Shown here piece after piece: positions 28,072 to 36,114 of a stretch of DNA of 64,000 nt. Positions within the stretch are counted from its first letter, which is position 1, and each line of letters opens with the position of its first letter. The DNA is from Bacillales bacterium UBA4855 (lineage in GTDB: Bacteria; Bacillota_I; Bacilli_A; RFN20; CAG-826), in assembly GCA_002399785.1 (NCBI GenBank), contig DHEH01000015.1, positions 21,128 through 85,127 of the forward strand, written 5' to 3'. The position numbers and the translations under genes were made by a program. The notes under the pieces are model-generated. The model did no database searches, was not told the DNA's origin, and was given only the letters and a program-made list of their open reading frames with translations.

Positions 28072-28891
28072 AATTATTAAGAGAAATCTTAAAACTTTAA
28101 TTAAGAGATTCTCTAAGTCGGATGTCGTTACAAATATTGAGAAAAATTACTCAAAAGATAAAATTAAGATAGTAAATACAAGGGATATTGTTGAAAACCC
28201 TTCTTTAAAAAAAGTCAAAATTGATCCACTTCAAATTGAAGAAACTTGTAAATCTATTCAAGAAAGTGGTATATTTTCACCTCTTATAGTTCGTATTGTT
28301 AAAGACAAATTTGAAGTAGTATTAGGTTTTAAAAAGTATGTTTGCTGCAAAAATTTAAACAAAGAAACTATTCCTTGCATTGTAACAACTATGGACGAAG
28401 AAGAAGCTTATTTGTTAATGCTAGCTGATGAAAGAGAGCATAAAAATTGTAATATTTATAAAGAAGCTATCATTTGTCAAAATTTATGTAAAAAATACGG
28501 TTACAAAAAGAAAGATTTGGCTGAGTTATTAAAACAATCTATCAGTCAGGTTTCTAATATTGTTAAATTATTAAATTTACCTCAATCAATTTTGGATGAT
28601 TTAAGTTTAGGAAAAATTAGTTATGGACATGCTAGAACTATCTCTCGTTTGCCTCAAGAAGAATCGTTAAAAATTTATGAATTAATTAAACAAAATAAGA
28701 TGAGCGTAAGAGACACTGAACGTTATGTTCATGATTATGAAAATCTTGATGATGAAGCAAAATACATAGCCAATCCCCATTATATTTCTCAAAATAACCA
28801 AATTATACTTCGCTTTGATTCTATCGAAGAATATAAAAAAGCTGACAAAAGAATTCAAAAGCTTATTAAGAAAAAGAAAATTGTGTTATAG
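28055..28891 (+). CDS. parB: Divergent ParB/Spo0J-like partition protein
   Basis: ParB N-domain (GIFSPLIVR), HTH (KKKDLAELLKQSISQVSNIVKLLNLP) and SYGHARTI. I prefer the ATG at 28055, with AAAGAGG 7 nt upstream. The arginine-patch motif is degenerate (see findings). Confidence 0.75.
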   Translation: MTEESRIIKRNLKTLIKRFSKSDVVTNIEKNYSKDKIKIVNTRDIVENPSLKKVKIDPLQIEETCKSIQESGIFSPLIVRIVKDKFEVVLGFKKYVCCKNLNKETIPCIVTTMDEEEAYLLMLADEREHKNCNIYKEAIICQNLCKKYGYKKKDLAELLKQSISQVSNIVKLLNLPQSILDDLSLGKISYGHARTISRLPQEESLKIYELIKQNKMSVRDTERYVHDYENLDDEAKYIANPHYISQNNQIILRFDSIEEYKKADKRIQKLIKKKKIVL

Positions 28892-28894
28892 TAT

Positions 28895-29044
28895 ATTTAC
28901 TTCAGGGCATGGTGAAATTCCATACTGGTGGTATACCCCACGAATCTTAATGATTGAGTTAGTGAAATTCTAACGGCAATAGTAAAGTCTAGATGAAAGA
29001 AGTGCTATTTTTGGACCTGAAGTAATTGTGAGGTCCTTTTTTTT
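28895..29044 (+). promoter_or_regulatory. FMN riboswitch (RFN element) with terminator expression platform
   Basis: The RFN core is recognisable: P1 ACTTC(28899-28903)/GAAGT(28999-29003), CAGGGCATGGTGAAATTCCATACTGGTGGTA, TTAGTGAAATTCTAACGGCAATAGTAAAGTCTAGATGAAAGAAG. It is followed by the hairpin GGACCT(29013-18)/AGGTCC(29031-36) plus T8, and lies upstream of ribU. Confidence 0.9.
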
Positions 29045-29689
29045 ATGAAAACAAAAAGATTTATTGATTTTATTAGTCGAGTAGCGATTTTCGGATCGCT
29101 AGCAGTTATTTTGTATTGTATTCCGTATTTACAGTTTGCTTTACCTTTTACACCAAGTTTTTTAAAAATTCATTTTGATGAAATACCAATTTTGATCGCA
29201 GGTTACGCTTACGGTCCAGGAGTCTCTTTTGCAATTATTATTCTTAAAGGATTAATAAAATTAATTCAAGATATTCCAGAAACTGGTGGAATTGGTGTAT
29301 TAACCGATGTTTTATATAGCAGTGCCTTTATTTTACCAGCAGCTTTTATATATAAAAAACATCGTAGTTTAAAAGGTGCTATTATTTCTTTTTCTGTAGG
29401 AGCTTTATCTCAATTGATAATGAGTTCTGTCGTTGGTTTATATACGATTTACCCACTTTATGGCTTCTTTTTTAATCCGCAAGCCAAAACCTATGATGAA
29501 GCGATGGTTACGGTTGGTTATTTATTTAGTGCTTTAGATAATCGAATCGAAACTGCTAAAGATCATCGTATTATGTATGAATTTCTTTTACCATTTAATT
29601 TAATTAAAAATGGCATTGTAGGCTTAGTTACTTTCCTAACTTATAAGCCGCTTGAGATATTTTTGCAAAAGAAAAACTCATCGAAATAA
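29045..29689 (+). CDS. ribU: Riboflavin ECF-transporter substrate-specific component RibU
   Basis: A small six-TM protein preceded directly by the FMN riboswitch. It carries the RibU-like segment KIHFDEIPILIAGYAYGPG. Confidence 0.8.
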   Translation: MKTKRFIDFISRVAIFGSLAVILYCIPYLQFALPFTPSFLKIHFDEIPILIAGYAYGPGVSFAIIILKGLIKLIQDIPETGGIGVLTDVLYSSAFILPAAFIYKKHRSLKGAIISFSVGALSQLIMSSVVGLYTIYPLYGFFFNPQAKTYDEAMVTVGYLFSALDNRIETAKDHRIMYEFLLPFNLIKNGIVGLVTFLTYKPLEIFLQKKNSSK

Positions 29690-29702
29690 TCGATGAGTTT
29701 TT
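29672..29702. terminator. Bidirectional rho-independent terminator shared by ribU (+) and the ferredoxin gene (-)
   Basis: Stem ACTCATCGA(29676-84)/TCGATGAGT(29690-98) is flanked by an A-run and a T-run. The ribU stop codon lies in the loop. Confidence 0.8.
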
Positions 29703-29715
29703 ATTAGTTTTAAAA

Positions 29716-29895
29716 CTATTTAGTGATTGCACCAGCTGGGCAATTAGCAATTGCTTCTTCAGCAGTAGCTTCATCTAATTCGCCGATTACAATGGCTTTT
29801 CCGTCGGAATCTTCTCCGAAAGCTGTTGGATATGAACCAAAGCAAAGTCCGCAGCCTAAGCAACTATCAGAATCAACTTTTAATTTAACTGACAT
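29716..29895 (-). CDS. fdx: Small [4Fe-4S]/[3Fe-4S]-type ferredoxin (59 aa), absent from the supplied ORF track
   Basis: My minus-strand translation is MSVKLKVDSDSCLGCGLCFGSYPTAFGEDSDGKAIVIGELDEATAEEAIANCPAGAITK. It has the CxxCxxC...CP ferredoxin pattern, a strong AAAGGAGAA RBS, and ends at the bidirectional terminator. Confidence 0.85.
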   Translation of the reverse strand: MSVKLKVDSDSCLGCGLCFGSYPTAFGEDSDGKAIVIGELDEATAEEAIANCPAGAITK

Positions 29896-29995
29896 AGTTA
29901 TTCTCCTTTTTAAATCATATTAAGTATAGCATTTTTTATAATCAATTCAATTATGAAATATAGGTTAAAAAAATGTTAATTTTGATGATTGGGTA

Positions 29996-30328
29996 ATGCC
30001 TTACAGTCTTACTTATGTTATTATAAATAACATGAGTGATGAAAAGGAATTGACACGAAGCGAGAAATACAAAGAATATCGCGATGAAATTAAAAACACT
30101 AATGTGAAAGGTTTTGGAAACGAAAAAGAACCTGCTACAAAAGAATTGGTGTCTGAATCTAAAAAAAGCATTACTCAATGTAAGGAATCTATTAAAAAAG
30201 AAAATACAGTATACAATCAATACCGCCAAACGAAAAAGATTAAAATTATCTTATATTTTATTGGTGTTGGTATTTTAATTGTTGCATTAACTGTTTTAAT
30301 TGTGTATTTAATGGTAACGTATTTATGA
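29996..30328 (+). CDS. Small tail-anchored membrane protein, unknown function
   Basis: A charged Lys/Glu-rich N-terminal part is followed by one C-terminal TM helix (IILYFIGVGILIVALTVLIVYLMV). The stop overlaps the cmk start (ATGA). The start may be the ATG at 30032 (MSDEKEL...). Confidence 0.5.
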   Translation: MPYSLTYVIINNMSDEKELTRSEKYKEYRDEIKNTNVKGFGNEKEPATKELVSESKKSITQCKESIKKENTVYNQYRQTKKIKIILYFIGVGILIVALTVLIVYLMVTYL

Positions 30329-31011
30329 AAAATGAAGAAAAAAATGTCTCTATTGCAATCGATGGCCCAAGCGCTAGTGGAAAATCCACTATTGCCAAAC
30401 TTTTAGCTGTTAGATTAGGCTATATTTATATTGATACTGGTGCGATGTATCGCGCTTTTACGCTCGCTTGTATCGAAAAAGGAATTGATTGCGAAAACGA
30501 AGTTGAATGTAATAAATTAATTGGCAAGATTGAAATTGGCTTTAATAAAAGAAATCACGTTACACTTAATGGTAGAGATGTTGAAGAAAGCATTCGTGGA
30601 AATAAAGTTGCTGATAATGTTAGTTATATTGCAAGTTACAAAGAAATTAGGTTGTTTTTGGTTGATTTGCAAAGACAATTGGCGGCAAATAATTCGGTAA
30701 TTATGGACGGAAGAGATATCGGCACATATGTTTTACCAAATGCTGATGTGAAGTTTTACCAAGTTGCTGATGTTAAAGAAAGAGCAAAAAGAAGATGCAT
30801 TGAAAATGTTGAAAAAGGAATTCCTACAACATATGAAGATTGTTTAGCTAATCTTGAAAAGAGAGATTACATCGATTCTCATCGTGAATTTTGCCCATTG
30901 CGTCCAGCAGATGATAGCATTGAAATTAACACGACAAATTTAACTATTGAAGAAGTTTTAGATTTAATGCTTCTTATATTAAAAGAACAGGGGGTCATAA
31001 AATCATGTTAG
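30325..31011 (+). CDS. cmk: Cytidylate kinase
   Basis: Motifs seen: IAIDGPSASGKST, YIDTGAMYRA and DGRDIGT. Confidence 0.95.
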   Translation: MKNEEKNVSIAIDGPSASGKSTIAKLLAVRLGYIYIDTGAMYRAFTLACIEKGIDCENEVECNKLIGKIEIGFNKRNHVTLNGRDVEESIRGNKVADNVSYIASYKEIRLFLVDLQRQLAANNSVIMDGRDIGTYVLPNADVKFYQVADVKERAKRRCIENVEKGIPTTYEDCLANLEKRDYIDSHREFCPLRPADDSIEINTTNLTIEEVLDLMLLILKEQGVIKSC

Positions 31012-32309
31012 GACTCGTAGCAATTGTTGGATCTCCATCTGTTGGAAAATCTACATTATTTAATAGAATAATTGGTGAAAGAAAGTCGATAATTGAAGAA
31101 GTTCGTGGCGTTACACGAGATAGAATTTATGGGGAGGCCTGTTGGCTTACTCGTTATTTTAAAGTTGTTGATACTGGTGGAATCGAGCTTGAAAATCGAC
31201 CATTTCAAGAAGAAATAAGAATGCAAGCACAAATCGCTATTGATGAAGCTGATGTCATTATTTTTGTAGTTGACGGAAAACTTGGTATTAATGATGATGA
31301 CAAATTGGTTGCTAGCATGCTTTTTAAATCGAAAAAACCTGTAATTTTGGCCGTGAATAAAATTGATAATAAAGAAATGATGGATAATATCTATGAATTT
31401 TATTCACTTGGTTTAGGCGACCCTATCGCCGTCAGTGGCGTTCATGGGATTGGTACTGGCGATTTATTAGATAAAGTAATCGAATATTTACCAAAAGAAG
31501 ACAAACAAGCAGAATATGATGGTATTTCGTTTGCCATGATTGGAAGACCAAATGTTGGAAAATCTAGTTTATATAATGCTATTTTAAGCGAGGATCGCTC
31601 AATTGTTTCTCCAATTGAAGGTACAACACGCGATGCAATTGATACTCATTTTACTAGAAATGGTAAAGATTATTTTATGGTTGATACTGCTGGACTTAAA
31701 AAAAGAGGAAAAATTTACGAAGCCATCGATAAATATGCTGCATTAAGAAGTTTAAGAGCTATTGATAAGAGCGATGTTGTGGTTTTTGTTATTGATGCTA
31801 GTGTCGGAATTACTGAGCAAGATAAACATGTCGTTGGATACGCAATGGATAGCAAAAAAGCTATTATTATCCTTGTAAATAAATATGATTTAATCAAAAA
31901 AGATAATGACACCATGAACGATTTTACAAAAAAGATTAGAACTGAATTTAAATTTTTAGATTACGCACCAATTCTTTATACAAGTGCAGTAACTAAAGTT
32001 AGATTAAGCCAAATTTTTACTTTAATAGACAAAGTTTATGAATCGTATACATTTAGAATTCAAACTTCAGTCTTAAATAAAATTATTGAAGATGCGCAAG
32101 CCATGAATGAAACACCTTCATTTAATGGTGGTAGAGCAAGAATTTATTATGCTCAACAAGTTGGAAATAAACCAATAACAATTGCTTTATTTGTTAACGA
32201 ACCAACTTGGATGCATTTCTCTTATTTACGATATATAGAAAATAAAATTAGAGATTCTTTCGAACTTGTGGGGTCTCCAATCAATCTGGTATTGAGGAAA
32301 AGAAAATGA
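31005..32309 (+). CDS. der: Ribosome-biogenesis GTPase Der (EngA), double GTPase domain
   Basis: Two G-domains (GSPSVGKST...DTGG...NKID and GRPNVGKSS...DTAG...NKYD) plus a KH-like C-terminus. Confidence 0.95.
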   Translation: MLGLVAIVGSPSVGKSTLFNRIIGERKSIIEEVRGVTRDRIYGEACWLTRYFKVVDTGGIELENRPFQEEIRMQAQIAIDEADVIIFVVDGKLGINDDDKLVASMLFKSKKPVILAVNKIDNKEMMDNIYEFYSLGLGDPIAVSGVHGIGTGDLLDKVIEYLPKEDKQAEYDGISFAMIGRPNVGKSSLYNAILSEDRSIVSPIEGTTRDAIDTHFTRNGKDYFMVDTAGLKKRGKIYEAIDKYAALRSLRAIDKSDVVVFVIDASVGITEQDKHVVGYAMDSKKAIIILVNKYDLIKKDNDTMNDFTKKIRTEFKFLDYAPILYTSAVTKVRLSQIFTLIDKVYESYTFRIQTSVLNKIIEDAQAMNETPSFNGGRARIYYAQQVGNKPITIALFVNEPTWMHFSYLRYIENKIRDSFELVGSPINLVLRKRK

Positions 32310-33301
32310 AAATTGGAATTTTAGGTGCTGGTGCTTGGGGATTAGCCTTAGGAAATATTCTTGCTGAAAATGGCAATGAAGTCGTGGCTCATTCTCGTTC
32401 TCTAGATGTCGTTTATGAATTAAACAGATATCACACTCATCGAAAAGTTTTAGGAGATTGTATTTTAAATAATAATCTTCTAGCCTCTATCGACCTAAAA
32501 GAAGTTACTGATAAAGCTGAAATTATTTTAGTTGCAGTTCCTAGTAAAGCTGTAAAAGAGATGATTATTGAACTAGCACATGTTCTTGATCATAAAGTTT
32601 TAATTGTTAATGCTACAAAAGGCCTTGATTTAGGGACCAATATGACGATGCAAAAATTAATTAAAGCCAATTTAAATAAAAAATTATATACAAATATTGT
32701 TTCTATTTTAGGACCAAGTTTTGCTAATGAAGTGGTACGTCATCATCTAACTTGTGTTTGTAGTTGCTGCTCAAATATCGATTTAGCAAAAAGAGTACAA
32801 ATTATTTTTTCCAATGATTATTTTCGTGTTTATGTCATGAGCGACGTAATTGGCGCTGAAATATATAGTTCTATGAAAAATGCTATTGCTATCGCAAGTG
32901 GAATTTCTAAAGGTTTAGGTTATGGAGAAAATTCAAAATCAGCTTTGATTACTCGCGGATTAGTTGAAATGCAATTAGTAGGAAAGGCGGTTGGTGCTAA
33001 AGAAAAGACCTTTTTCGGTTTGACTGGTTTAGGAGACTTAATTTTAACTGCTAATAGCAGTGAATCTCGTAATTTTTCTGCTGGTTTTCAAATCGGAAGA
33101 GATGATTCTGCTAAAGAATTTCTAAAAAATAACACAATCACCGTCGAAGGTATAGCTACCGTCAAAGTTATACATGATTTTGGAGCGAAAAATGAGCTTG
33201 ATTTACCTATTATAAATGCTCTTTTCGATGTTTTATACAACGGAAAAGTCCCATCAGATGTCATTCATAATTTAATGATTAGAGACTTAAAAGTTGAGTA
33301 A
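32306..33301 (+). CDS. gpsA: NAD(P)H-dependent glycerol-3-phosphate dehydrogenase
   Basis: Motifs seen: GAGAWGLALG, GPSFANEV, KNAIAIASG and GLGDLILT. The der-gpsA order is conserved. Confidence 0.95.
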   Translation: MKIGILGAGAWGLALGNILAENGNEVVAHSRSLDVVYELNRYHTHRKVLGDCILNNNLLASIDLKEVTDKAEIILVAVPSKAVKEMIIELAHVLDHKVLIVNATKGLDLGTNMTMQKLIKANLNKKLYTNIVSILGPSFANEVVRHHLTCVCSCCSNIDLAKRVQIIFSNDYFRVYVMSDVIGAEIYSSMKNAIAIASGISKGLGYGENSKSALITRGLVEMQLVGKAVGAKEKTFFGLTGLGDLILTANSSESRNFSAGFQIGRDDSAKEFLKNNTITVEGIATVKVIHDFGAKNELDLPIINALFDVLYNGKVPSDVIHNLMIRDLKVE

Positions 33302-33345
33302 AAGCGCATAATATCGAACTTTTACGACATTTTTATTAATTTTTC

Positions 33346-33374
33346 TTGCAATAAAAAGAAAAGTATTTTATATT
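33346..33374 (+). promoter_or_regulatory. Putative sigma-A promoter of the HU gene
   Basis: TTGCAA (33346-51), a 17-nt spacer and TATATT (33369-74), about 25 nt upstream of the ATG at 33400. Confidence 0.5.
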
Positions 33375-33399
33375 GAAGTTATCGAAAGGGGTACATTAT

Positions 33400-33672
33400 A
33401 TGACCAAAAACGAACTTGTTATTGCCGTTGCCGAAGCTTGTGAATTATCAAAAAAGGATGCCGAAGCTGCTGTTAATGCTATTGTTGAATCAACAATTAA
33501 TGCTTTAAAGAATGGTGAAGAAGTTAAATTCTCCGGATTTGGAACCTTTGCTGTTAAGACAAGAGCTAAGAGAACTGGAACAATTCCTGGAACAGATAAA
33601 AGGATTGAAATCCCAGCATCTAAGACTGTTGGTTTTAAAGCTTCTAAGAGTTTAAAAGAATTAGTAAAATAA
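33400..33672 (+). CDS. hup: Nucleoid-associated DNA-binding protein HU
   Basis: MTKNELVIAVAE...FGTFAVKTRAKRTGTIPGT is a canonical HU sequence. The ATG at 33400 follows AAAGGGG. The TTG start at 33373 in the track lies inside the predicted -10 box. Confidence 0.95.
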   Translation: MTKNELVIAVAEACELSKKDAEAAVNAIVESTINALKNGEEVKFSGFGTFAVKTRAKRTGTIPGTDKRIEIPASKTVGFKASKSLKELVK

Positions 33673-33695
33673 TTAACTAAAACTATTAAATGATT

Positions 33696-33730
33696 AAGAG
33701 AACTCTTACTATGAGAGTTCTCTTTTTTTA
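33696..33730 (+). terminator. Rho-independent terminator after hup
   Basis: AAGAGAACTCT-tactatg-AGAGTTCTCTT followed by a T-run. Confidence 0.85.
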
Positions 33731-33745
33731 TTCTATAATATAAAC

Positions 33746-34378
33746 ATGGATTTAATTTTCGATCATCTAAAAAATATATTTAACGAAAATGGATTTCGTC
33801 TTTTTATGGTTGGCGGAACTAGTCGTGATTACATTTTAAATAAAATAATTGATGATTACGATTTGGTAAGCGATGCCACCCCTGATGATATTAAAAAATT
33901 CTTATCAGTTGATATGACTTTTGCAAAATATGGCACTGTACGTTATAAATATGATAACAAGAAAATTGATATTATTACCTTCCGAGTTGAAAGTGGTTAT
34001 GTAGATTCTCGTCACCCATCTAAAATTGTTTTTGTAAAAACTCCTGAAGAAGATTATTTAAGACGAGATTTTACGATTGGAGCAATATATATTGATGAAA
34101 ATTACAATATTATCGATCCAACAAAAAGAGGAGTTAAAGATCTTCAAAATCGTCAATTAGTTGTTATTGGCGATCCATTAATTAGATTTAAAGAAGATCC
34201 ATTAAGGCTACTTAGAGCCAAAAGATTTATCAAAAAGTACGATTTACATGTTGATGATGAATTAAAAAAAGTGATGCACGATAATTTATATTTGCTTGAT
34301 AATCTTAATAAAGATAAGATACTAGAGGAAAAGAAAAAAGAAGACGAAATCGGAGGGAAGAAAAATTATGAATTCTAA
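33746..34378 (+). CDS. Short class-II tRNA nucleotidyltransferase/poly(A) polymerase-family protein (head and neck only, 210 aa)
   Basis: Motifs seen: MVGGTSRDYIL, DYDLVSD, RRDFTIGAIY and FKEDPLRLLRAKRF. The protein ends where dnaD starts (11-nt overlap). The body and tail domains are absent. Confidence 0.7.
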   Translation: MDLIFDHLKNIFNENGFRLFMVGGTSRDYILNKIIDDYDLVSDATPDDIKKFLSVDMTFAKYGTVRYKYDNKKIDIITFRVESGYVDSRHPSKIVFVKTPEEDYLRRDFTIGAIYIDENYNIIDPTKRGVKDLQNRQLVVIGDPLIRFKEDPLRLLRAKRFIKKYDLHVDDELKKVMHDNLYLLDNLNKDKILEEKKKEDEIGGKKNYEF

Positions 34379-34946
34379 CTCAGCAAGTGCATTAAATTTT
34401 AGTTATTTACTATTAGATTTTTATAAGACTTTAAATATAAATGAGCAGGAATTAGTGGTTATTTTGATGATCGATCACTTAAGAAAGCAAGAAAATGAGT
34501 TCATTACAAAAGATGAATTGTTGTTAAAAATGAATTTAAGCGAAAAAGAAATTGATCAAGCTATGACATCCTTATATAAAAAGAAATATATTGAGTTTTC
34601 GTTTGATTTAGGAAAACCTTCAACTTCAATTAAACCAATTAAAAAGATTCTTTATAAAAAATTTGAACAATCGATTTTCACAGAAGAAGAAATTGCGAAC
34701 AAGAAAGAAACTCTCCAAAAACGTGAAACAGTTTTTGATTTTCTTGAAAAAACTTTTGGCCGTCAACTTACTCCAATCGAAATAAGTCGTGCTGATGAGT
34801 GGATCAACAATGATGTTGAAGAAGATATAATTATTAATTCAATCAAAGATTCAGCCTTAAGCAATCGTTTATCAATTACTTACATCGATAGATTAATCAT
34901 TAAAAAAATGAAAAAAGAAGATAATAGTGGGAACGCAATTAAATAA
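34368..34946 (+). CDS. dnaD: Replication initiation / primosome protein DnaD
   Basis: An N-terminal wHTH-like region is followed by the DnaD C-terminal domain (GRQLTPIEISRADEWINN). It has a GGAGGGAAG RBS, and the dnaD-nth order matches B. subtilis. Confidence 0.75.
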   Translation: MNSNSASALNFSYLLLDFYKTLNINEQELVVILMIDHLRKQENEFITKDELLLKMNLSEKEIDQAMTSLYKKKYIEFSFDLGKPSTSIKPIKKILYKKFEQSIFTEEEIANKKETLQKRETVFDFLEKTFGRQLTPIEISRADEWINNDVEEDIIINSIKDSALSNRLSITYIDRLIIKKMKKEDNSGNAIK

Positions 34947-35565
34947 AATAGAATTAATTCAAGATTATTTTGATGAATTATATCCAGAAGCTCATTGTGA
35001 ATTAACATATCATAAAGATTATGAATTTTTAATTGCGGTCATGTTTAGTGCTCAATGTACTGATAAAAAAGTAAATAAGGTTACAGATGTTTTGTTTTCT
35101 AAATATAAAACTTTGAATGAACTTGATTTGGCACCTATTGAAGATATTGAATCAATCATTAAACCTTTAGGACTTTATAAGAACAAAGCAAAGAATTTAA
35201 AGGGGATTTGCAGGGGATTATTAGAAAATTTTAACGGAATTGTGCCTGATGATAAACTCAAATTAACCACTCTTCCAGGCGTTGGAACTAAAACAGCAAA
35301 TGTTTGTTTAATTGAATTATTTAAAATTCCAGCTTTTCCAGTTGATACTCATGTTAGAAGAGTTTCAAATCGTTTAGGTTTAGTTTCGACAACAGACGTT
35401 TCAAAAATTGAAATTGCTTTAATGAAACAATTTCCAAAAGAAAAGCGGATCAAATTACATCATCAATTTATTTTCTTTGGAAGGTATTATTGTAAAGCTC
35501 TTTCTCCTAATTGTGCAAATTGCAAAATAAGGGGGATTTGCAAGGAAAAATGCAAAAATTTATAG
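34927..35565 (+). CDS. nth: Endonuclease III (DNA glycosylase/AP lyase)
   Basis: HhH-GPD motif LPGVGTKTANV, VDTHV, and the C-terminal Fe-S loop CKALSPNCANCKIRGIC. GTG start. Confidence 0.9.
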   Translation: MGTQLNKIELIQDYFDELYPEAHCELTYHKDYEFLIAVMFSAQCTDKKVNKVTDVLFSKYKTLNELDLAPIEDIESIIKPLGLYKNKAKNLKGICRGLLENFNGIVPDDKLKLTTLPGVGTKTANVCLIELFKIPAFPVDTHVRRVSNRLGLVSTTDVSKIEIALMKQFPKEKRIKLHHQFIFFGRYYCKALSPNCANCKIRGICKEKCKNL

Positions 35566-36114
35566 CTTTTTTTCAATAATTTTTAGGTAATCTAAAGGGG
35601 GTTCAATACCTCTTTTTATTTGCTTTCCTTTCTCTTTAAAAAACGAAAGAGGAATTGATTTTCTTTTATTGTTTGTTAGAAAATAATCTAGTTCTTTATA
35701 AAAGACAACAAAATATAAATTAAGTGTTTTAAATTCGAACAAAACAAAACCAATTCCACCAAGTTTAGTTATTCTTTTGAGGTGTTCTAATTGGTACGAA
35801 TGAAAATTAGCAAGAGGAAAAGCGGTTTTATTATTGGTTGTTTTGGCTTCAAAATCTATATATTTTCCTTTAAAAACACCATTGTAATCAGTTGTTGAAT
35901 GTTTACTAAAGAAAGCGGAAGAAATTTGCTTAGTTTCTTCGTTCATTTTTACTATTTTAATTGGAGTATCTTTTTTATATATGACTGCAATTTCTTTATT
36001 TAAATAATATCTATTTGATTCGTTTATTTCTTGTTCAAGAGACATTCCGCGATTTCCGTATTGCGTTAGTTTCTTCTTTTCTTTAATGTCAATTCCAAGC
36101 GGATAATTTACCAT
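35560..36114 (-). CDS. recU: Holliday junction resolvase RecU
   Basis: Motifs seen: YGNRGMSLEQEINESNRYY, STTDYNGVFKGKYIDFEAK and HQLEHL. The start ATG shares one base with the stop of the upstream exonuclease gene (TAATG). Confidence 0.9.
   Translation of the reverse strand: MVNYPLGIDIKEKKKLTQYGNRGMSLEQEINESNRYYLNKEIAVIYKKDTPIKIVKMNEETKQISSAFFSKHSTTDYNGVFKGKYIDFEAKTTNNKTAFPLANFHSYQLEHLKRITKLGGIGFVLFEFKTLNLYFVVFYKELDYFLTNNKRKSIPLSFFKEKGKQIKRGIEPPLDYLKIIEKKL

Noticed and set aside
29723-29923. 66-aa plus-strand ORF from the ORF track
   Set aside because: It is antisense to a well-supported ferredoxin gene, which has an RBS, a Cys motif and a terminator. The ORF's translation is Ala/Ser/Pro-rich with no RBS, so it is a shadow ORF.
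33373-33399. N-terminally extended starts used by the ORF track (hup 33373, recA 38857, gpsB 36891, ychF 52664, gltX 54194, the IMPase-family gene 57111, nfu 58332, HAD 62192, sufD 20869, sufB 23335, mnmG 24743, parB 28049)
   Set aside because: In each case a downstream ATG is preceded by a good Shine-Dalgarno at 5-10 nt and matches the conserved protein N-terminus. Several of the extensions run through a terminator (57111), an RBS (38857) or a promoter -10 box (33373).
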